Source of the DNA: Eledone cirrhosa | Taxonomy: Eukaryota | Direction: 5' to 3' | Assembly: GCA_964016885.1 (NCBI GenBank) | Contig: OZ024758.1 | Span: 7,130,001-7,194,000 of the forward strand | DNA length: 64,000 nt | In this document: positions 56,665-64,000 of the stretch, one piece after another | Layout of the letters: the number at the start of each line of letters is the position of its first letter | How positions within the stretch are numbered: the stretch's first letter is position 1 | The notes under the pieces: model-generated | The model's database searches: none | What the model was told of the DNA's origin: nothing | Seen by the model: only the letters and a program-made list of their open reading frames with translations | Program-made: the position numbers and the translations under genes

Positions 56665-58248
56665 GAGAGAGAGAGAAAGAGAGAGAGAGAAAGGAAGAGA
56701 AAGAAATAGAGAGAGAGAAAGAGAGAGACAAAGAGAGAAAAAGTGAGAGAGAGAGAGGAAGAGAAAGAAATAGTGAGAAAGAGAAAGAAAGAGAGAGAGA
56801 GAGAGAGATAGATAGATAGAGAGAGAGAGAGAAAGGAAGAGAGAGAGAGAAAGAGAGAGAGAGAAAGGAAGAGAAAGAAATAGAGAGAGAGAAAGAGAAG
56901 AGACAAAGAGAGAGAGATAAAGAGAGAGAGAGAGAGAGTGAGAAAGAGACAAAGAGAGGAAGGGAGAGACAAAGAGAGAAAGAAAGTGAGAGAGGGAGAG
57001 AAAGAAATAATGAGAGAGAGAAAGAGAGAGAGAGAGAGAAAGGAAGAGAAAGAAATAGAGAGAGATAAAGAGAGAGAGAAAGAGAAAGAGAGAGATAAAG
57101 AGAGAGAGAGAGAGAGTGAAAGAGAAAGAGTGAAAGAGAAAGAGAGAGAGAGAGAATAATGGAGAGGAAATGTCAATAAATAGTTTATTATCATTTAACT
57201 ATACGCCTCACCCCAAAATACAAATTAAAAAAATCCAACAAACAACTAGTGTATAAAAAGCTGTTATATTGTCGCCGCCTGCATAGCTCAGTCGGTAGAG
57301 CATCAGACTTTTACGAATAATATTGTGAAGGCATCTGAGGGTCGCGGGTTCAAGTCCCTCTGTGGGCGAATGTTGTTTTTGTTTTTTTAATTAACTGATG
57401 TTAAATTTCAACAAATAACTATTTTATTTTCGATATGGAAAATTATAAAATGTCAACAAATATGAAATATTTTGAATATTTTCTGTGAGATTTGGAATCT
57501 TAATGGTAATACGTTCCTTGGTTATTGTAAAGATGGTGGAACTCATCCCTCTCCAGATAGGAACAGTTGATTTCTTCTAGGGATGGAGAAAGAGACAAAG
57601 AGAGAAAGAAAGGGAGAGAGAGAGGAAGAGAAAGAGAGAAAGAGAGAAAGGAAGAGAAAGAGAGTGAGAGAGAAAGCGAGAGAAAGAGAGAGATAAAAAG
57701 AGAAAGAAAGAGAAAGAGAGAGAGAGAGAGAGAAAAAGAGAATGAGAGAAAGAGAGAGAGAGAGAGAAAGAAATAGAAAGAGAGAGAGAGAGAGAGAAAA
57801 AGAGAAAGAAATAGAAAGAGAGAGAGAAAGAGAGAGAGAAAGGGAGAGAGAGGAAGAGAAAGAGAGAAACAGAGAGAAAAAGAGAAAGAAATAGAAAGAG
57901 AGAAAAAGAGAGAGAAAAAGAGAGAGAAAAAAGAGAGAGAAAAAAGAGAGAGAAAAAGAGAGAGAGAAAAGAGAAAGAAATAGAGAGAGAAATAGAGAGA
58001 GAGTGAGAAAGATAGAGAGAGAAAGAGAGAGAAGGAGAGAGATAGAGAGAGACTGTGAAGGAGAGAAAGAAAGAGAGAGAGAATGTGAGAGAGAAAGAGA
58101 GAGAGAATGTGAGAGAGAAAGAGAGAGAGAGAGAGAAAGAAAGAGAGAGAGAGAAAGAAAGAGAGAGAGGAAGAAAGAGAGAGAGAGAGAGATATAGATA
58201 GATAGAGAGAGAGATATATAGATAGAGAGAGAGAGAGAGAGAGAGAAG
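56378..58248. repeat. Two long GA-rich tracts (56378-57160, 57590-58248) separating tRNA genes
   Basis: Direct inspection. Confidence 0.95.
57277..57368 (+). tRNA. tRNA-Lys-TTT: tRNA-Lys(UUU) with 19-nt intron (57314-57332)
   Basis: Same body; acceptor GCCTGCA/TGTGGGC has two G-U pairs; intron CGAATAATATTGTGAAGGC; T-runs downstream. Confidence 0.88.
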
Positions 58249-58323
58249 AAGTCACCAAATAGTTTATTAATATCTAACAACAACATTAAAGTCTACAGTT
58301 AAAATGTCCGATATATTGTAGCC

Positions 58324-58415
58324 GCCCGCATAGCTCAGTCGGTAGAGCATCAGACTTTTACAGATAGCTGTGTGAAGGAATCTGAGGGTCGCGGGTTCAA
58401 GTCCCTCTGTGGGCG
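58324..58415 (+). tRNA. tRNA-Lys-TTT: tRNA-Lys(UUU) with 19-nt intron (58361-58379)
   Basis: Intact cloverleaf; intron CAGATAGCTGTGTGAAGGA; T-run terminator about 10 nt downstream. Confidence 0.92.
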
Positions 58416-58850
58416 TATGCCATCTTTTTTTAATAGTTTTGTCACGAAGAGAAGGAGAGAGAGAGAATATTACAAAGGGAAAGTGACAGAGATATAAGTA
58501 TTATTTTATCCCAAAGGGAGGTCTCGGGCACCATGCTTTGCAGCATAGAGTTACGCCCTTTTACGGTCTGAGTTCAAATCCCGCCAAGGTTAACTTTGCC
58601 TTTAACTTTGCCTTTCATCCTTACGGGGTCGATAAAAACCAGTAATGCACTGGGATAATTGCTGGCCTTGTGCCAAAAATAGAAACAATTATTTTATCCC
58701 AAAGAGTAATTTAGGGGACAATGTGTTCTACTGGGTAAATATAGAAAAAAAAATATATATATAAATTTATATATGAAAGATTAATACATATAAAAATGAG
58801 AATTTGGTCAGCTTTCCTCTCTAGTATTCTACTAAAAAAAAAAAGGCGTT

Positions 58851-58942
58851 CGCCCGCAGAGAGACTTGTACCCGCGACCCTCAGATTCCTTCGCACAGAT
58901 ACCTGTAAAAGTCTGATGCTCTACCGACTGAGCTATGCGGGC
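58851..58942 (-). pseudogene. tRNA-Lys(UUU) with intron, damaged B box (probable pseudogene)
   Basis: T-arm reads GCGGGTACAAGTCTCTC (T55>A, C62>T); intron CAGGTATCTGTGCGAAGGA at 58887-58905. Confidence 0.8.
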
Positions 58943-59138
58943 GACAACAGAGCAGTCGTTATTTAAACACTAGCTATTATTGTTATCATTAAAACAGTAA
59001 ACATTGAATTAAACGATGTAAACATGTGTTATGCCGTTAACCAAAATTTAAAAATTAAAAGAAAATTGACAGGTGAAGATTGTGTTGCATAAATAGTTGT
59101 AAATTTGTGAAAATACAAGAAAAAAAAAAAAATTCATT

Positions 59139-59230
59139 CGCCCACAGAGGGACTTGAACCCGCGACCCTCAGATTCCTTCACACAGCTATCTGTAAAAGT
59201 CTGATGCTCTACCGACTGAGCTATGCGGGC
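59139..59230 (-). tRNA. tRNA-Lys-TTT: tRNA-Lys(UUU) with 19-nt intron
   Basis: Reverse complement matches the 58324 copy, including the intron; poly-T terminator on the minus strand. Confidence 0.92.
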
Positions 59231-59395
59231 GGCGATAATATTTGCTATATTTAAACTCTAGTCTTTATTGTTATAATAAACTTGTCATGATGATCTAAAC
59301 ATGTGTTGTGTAGTTAATCAAAAGTTAAAAATAATGAGTAACTTAACAGGTAAAGCCCGTCATAGACAAAAAAGAAAAGAAAAGAAAAAGACATT

Positions 59396-59477
59396 CGCCC
59401 ACAGAGGGACTTGAATAGGCAACCCTCACACAATTAGCTGGAAAAGTCTGATGCTCTACCGACTGAGGTATAAGAAC
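59396..59477 (-). pseudogene. Degenerate tRNA-Lys(UUU) pseudogene
   Basis: 3' acceptor half and D/anticodon 5' part recognisable; about 10 nt deleted across the intron/3' exon junction; 5' acceptor and T-stem mutated. Confidence 0.8.
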
Positions 59478-59828
59478 GGCGGGAATAGTTGACGTATTTA
59501 AACTCTAGGTTTTATTGTCAAATACTAATAAACTATTTGGCCACCTTTCCTCTCTATTACTCTCTCTCTTTCTCTCTCTCTCTCTTTCTCCCCCTCTCTC
59601 CCTCCCCCTCTCTCCCTCCCTCTCTCTCTTTCTCTTTCTTTCACCCAGTCTCTCTCTTTCTCTGGAAGAAATCAGCTATGTTCAAATTTGGAGAGGGAAG
59701 GGCTCCTCCAGGTTTTAAATGACCAGGAAACAGCGTGTGGTATTAATTACTACAGCTGTGCCCCTACGAGGTTACAGGTCCTTACAAAATACATCCTAAG
59801 TAGAATTGAGATGGAGGGTTTGTGGGTT

Positions 59829-59906
<78 letters not shown>

Positions 59907-59912
59907 TAGATG

Positions 59913-60240
59913 TTTCTTTATTAGCCACAGGGGGACAAAAGAAGGGGACAAATACAAAGGGGGAAGTTTACATACGATAAAAACGTGTAAAATATTATCA
60001 CAAATGCAATTTAAAAATTAGTCGATTTTCCCCAATAGGGGGAGACATTACATATGGGTAACACATACCCCCGAAAAAAAATGTGCAACCCTCATCTCCA
60101 GGAGTACGAAGAGTTTGTACTCCTTTCCTCTCCTCCTCTTTTTCCTCAACCTACAGGCTGATATAGAGAGAAGGCCCATTCACTCGGGCCATTCTCGCCA
60201 CTTTCACCCACCTTTCATAAAACTTGCTGGGGTACAGCAC
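59913..60240 (-). mobile_element. LINE 3' end, same family as 20585 (related piece at about 4460-4555 -)
   Basis: Reverse complement similarity including CCTGTGGCTAATAAAGAAA and GGCCCGAGTGAATGGGCC. Confidence 0.65.
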
Positions 60241-61199
60241 TTCTCTCTCCATCCTGATTCTTCTTCCAAAGTGGTATTTGAAAAAAAAGATAGAGAGAGA
60301 GAATAAGAGCCGGTGGTAGAAGAAGAAGAAAAAGTAAAAGAAGTAAAAGAAGTAAAAGAAGAGGAAGAAGAATTATAATGTTGCTCATGATTCCTTGAAA
60401 TCTAATTTTGTGGGAGACAAAATGAATTCAAGCAATATTTTGATTGAATAAGTCAACGACTTGTAACCGCTACAACTTCACATTTTACCAATATATTTGT
60501 GCCTTTATGTGATACCTTTGTAGTATTTTTGTCAAAAACTGTTACTGTTTTTGGTTAAGATTTCTCTGATCGATGTTGCTGTTTCTCTTGATATTTTTAC
60601 ATCTAAGTTCCTTAAAAGCTTAGGTTTAATATGCACCTTTAATTCCTGAAACCTGCTGTAGACTTTAGATCTTCGAAATAAAATGGCAAATGTTTGTAAA
60701 TTTGGTGTATAATTTTGTATAAAAATGATTGCACGTTTTTATAACAAAAATACGCCTTTAGATTTATCAAAGAAATGTTCAATTGACTGAGAAAGCAACC
60801 GAACATTTATTCACTTGTGTAAGACAATAAGATCCAATGACAACGGAAGAATCTAAATGGCGTAAGAGAAGCAGTGTATTGCTTCACTTAATCGCAAAGT
60901 CTAGTCTGTTACCACAGCAAATTAAAGCAATTGTTTTATCTTTGAAGTTGATCTCAGTAAAAACTAAACTACTGGTCCGTTTCCTTCATTTTTTTTTCTT
61001 ATCCTTCTTATCCAATCATTTTTCTTTTCATCTTTTATAATGGAATTTCTAGTTATTTAACACAACTAAAAAATTTAAGGAGCATGTAATAATTACAAAA
61101 AAGAAAAAAAAAAAGAAAAAAGAGAAGAAAGAAAAAAAGAAAAGAGAAAAGAAAGAGTCTGTCTTTTTTTTAACCTCATCTGATATATAATATGTACTA

Positions 61200-61376
61200 C
61201 ATATATGGAATATATGTATAATATGAAAAGATTCAGGACCCCGACGGCTGAGCTCCGGCCGTTTCGACAACTGAGTTGCAATCTAGCTGTGGAAACGGCC
61301 GGAGCTCAGCTGTCGGGGTCCCCAAGCATCGAGTACTCTAGTGGCTTATGGTCCACCTGGTTCTTACCACACCCTA

Positions 61377-61380
<4 letters not shown>
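61200..61380 (+). mobile_element. Family A palindromic element
   Basis: GACCCCGACGGCTGAGCTCCGGCCGTTTC...GAAACGGCCGGAGCTCAGCTGTCGGGGTC; tail has an internal deletion. Confidence 0.78.
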
Positions 61381-61428
<48 letters not shown>

Positions 61429-61472
61429 AATATATATACAATATGTATCATATATATGAAATATGAACCATA

Positions 61473-61668
61473 CGGGGTAGGCTGAAAAGTTCGTAGGTGA
61501 CCAAGATACTCTCATGGAATGACCAAATGAGGATTATTTTTCAAAATAGTCCCTGAAAAGAAACAATGCAGTTATTAATAGGAAGAGTTGAAATTAATGC
61601 ATGCAAGATTTCACAACTCTAGCATCACTCCTTCATAGTCAGCGTATTCCCCTTTCAGCGGACCCTCG
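61473..61668 (+). mobile_element. Tc1/mariner-type MITE, about 196 bp (others 5173-5370, 15928-16260, 17911-17960, 18496-18693, 31826-32023, 32046-32331, 42426-42510, 45727-45780)
   Basis: TA-flanked, imperfect TIRs of consensus CGAGGGTCGGCTGAAAAGTTCATAG...CTATGAACTTTTCAGCCGACCCTCG, shared internal sequence. Confidence 0.85.
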
Positions 61669-61725
61669 TATATATATTATACATACGTGTGTGTGTGTGT
61701 GTATATGCATATATATATATATATA

Positions 61726-61781
<56 letters not shown>

Positions 61782-61847
61782 AATATATAAATATATATAT
61801 ATATGCATATAAATATATATATATATGCATATATATATTTATATATT

Positions 61848-61935
<88 letters not shown>

Positions 61936-61987
61936 TATATATATATGCATGCATATATATATGCATATATATATATATTTATATATT

Positions 61988-62029
<42 letters not shown>

Positions 62030-62817
62030 TATACAAATATATATATATATATATATATACAAATATATAAATATATATATATATGCATATATATATATAT
62101 ATGCATGTATATATATATATATATATTCTAGCATGTAATGATAATGTGAACATATACTTTATACTTTGTGTATACCATGAAAAAAAACAAACAAACATTC
62201 CAGTGATCTGATAATTGTTTCGGATAAAAAAAAAAATAATACTGAAACTGTAGTCTTTTAGTATTCACATTTAAGTGAGTCTGCTTTCACTGACATTAAA
62301 ACCATAGTTACATACGCCATTGCAGAGCAGGATATTTTATCATATCTATATTAAACTGTATGATTTCAATAGCAGGATATTTTACCAACTGATGTTTTGA
62401 TCTTTTATTGATTGTCATCTTGGTGATATTTTATGCTTTGATACTTCGATGATGAAAATCCATGAATGAATGAAAGGTGACACAGGTATAATTAAAACAT
62501 TTTCAATATGAAAAAAAACCCCGAAACATTGCTATGTACACGTGAGTTGTGATGATATTAGAAAATACAGTAAAACGTCAGGTAATACTAGATTAGATAA
62601 ACACGGCAAAATTGCCATCCCGGACTCCTGTATGCCTTTGTAGAATGTAAGATATAATCTTTATGTAGCACCAGCATCACGTTAGCAGTTCTTTCTATGT
62701 GAAGTTATAGGACGGTTATTGAGTGAAAGATGTTTATGGAGTGAGATATAACATGTAATGCTAAATATTGAATAACTTCAAAAATTCAAATGATATGGGT
62801 GTATCTTTGTTATAGAA

Positions 62818-62855
<38 letters not shown>

Positions 62856-62857
<2 letters not shown>

Positions 62858-63700
62858 TAGAAAGCTAAATGCCCTCTCTACACTCCACTAGCCTACTCTT
62901 CTATTGTATTTCCTCTAAACTAGAAAGCTAAAAGCCCCTCTCTACACTCTTCTATTGTCTCTCCTCTGAACTAGAAATCTAAAGGCCCTCTCTACACTAC
63001 ACCAACCTACTGTTCTATTGTCTCTCCTCTGAACTAGAAATCTAAAGCCCTTCTCTACACTACATCAACCTACTGTTCTACACTCTCTCCTCTGAACTAG
63101 AAATCTAAAGGCCCTCTCTACACTACACCAACCTACTGTTCTATTGTCTCTCCTCTGAACTAGAAATCTAAAGCCCCTCTCCACACTACACCAACCTACT
63201 GTTCTATTGTCTCTCCTCTGAACTAGAAATCTAAAGGCCCTCTCTACACTACACCAACCTACTGTTCTATTGTCTCTCCTCTGAACTAGAAATCTAAAGC
63301 CCCTCTCTACACTACACCAACCTACTGTTCTATTGTCTCTCCTCTGAACTAGAAAGCTAAAGCCCCTCTCTACACAACACCAACCTACTGTTCTATTGTC
63401 TCTCCTCTGAACTAGAAATCTAAAGCCCCTCTCTACACTACACCAACCTACTGTTCTATTGTCTCTCCTCTGAACTAGAAAGCTAAAGCCCCTCTCTACA
63501 CAACACCAACCTACTGTTCTATTGTCTCTCCTCTGAACTAGAAATCTAAAGGCCCTCTCTACACTACACCAACCTACTGTTCTACACTCTCTCCTCTGAA
63601 CTAGAAATTTAAAACCCCTCTCTACACTACACCAACCTAATGTTCTATTGTCTCTCCTCTGAACTAGAAATCTAAAGCCCCTCTCTACACTACACCAACC
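62856..63700. repeat. 63/64-bp minisatellite, about 13 copies
   Basis: Unit ACTAGAAATCTAAAGCCCCTCTCTACACTACACCAACCTACTGTTCTATTGTCTCTCCTCTGA. Confidence 0.95.
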
Positions 63701-63887
63701 AATTCATTGTACAGGCTTCTCATTATCCTTTGTTTTTTTTATTCTTTACATACAGCCAGCGATCTATAAAGGTCCCAAATGAACACCAGCTTTATCTCAC
63801 CATTCCGGGTTCTCGCTGGTGTCTCTCTGCAGATGACGAATTAAGAAAACAATCGAAAACTGAAAAATGTGGTTAATGAAAATTATC

Positions 63888-63934
<47 letters not shown>

Positions 63935-64000
63935 TAATATTTGATGAACATTTACATGTTATAGTTGCAATTGACTAATAAGATCGCTAGAGTGAAAAAT

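Overview
Eukaryotic, AT-rich, microsatellite-saturated non-coding DNA. The abundant tRNA-derived SINE and the intron-containing tRNA-Lys(UUU) genes point to an octopus/coleoid cephalopod (inference). No intact protein-coding gene is supported, and most supplied ORFs are translations of simple repeats. Supported content: (1) a cluster of six intron-containing tRNA-Lys(UUU) loci at 55.7-59.5 kb (four apparently intact, two damaged) with a non-standard T-stem; (2) many type I hammerhead ribozyme (HHR) motifs from about ten sequence families, in short elements mostly embedded in (TA)n. Some have a non-canonical CAGA(A/U)GA core or 54-61 nt stem II inserts, and many form fold-back palindromes centred on ribozyme helices; (3) decayed Naiad-type Penelope-like GIY-YIG ORF fragments, the likely source of the ribozymes; (4) fragments of CRE, R4/Dong, L1/Tx1-like and RTE-like non-LTR retrotransposons, each next to a characteristic microsatellite; (5) SINEs, mariner- and hAT-type MITEs and several minisatellites. 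All calls were made by eye; repeat boundaries are approximate.
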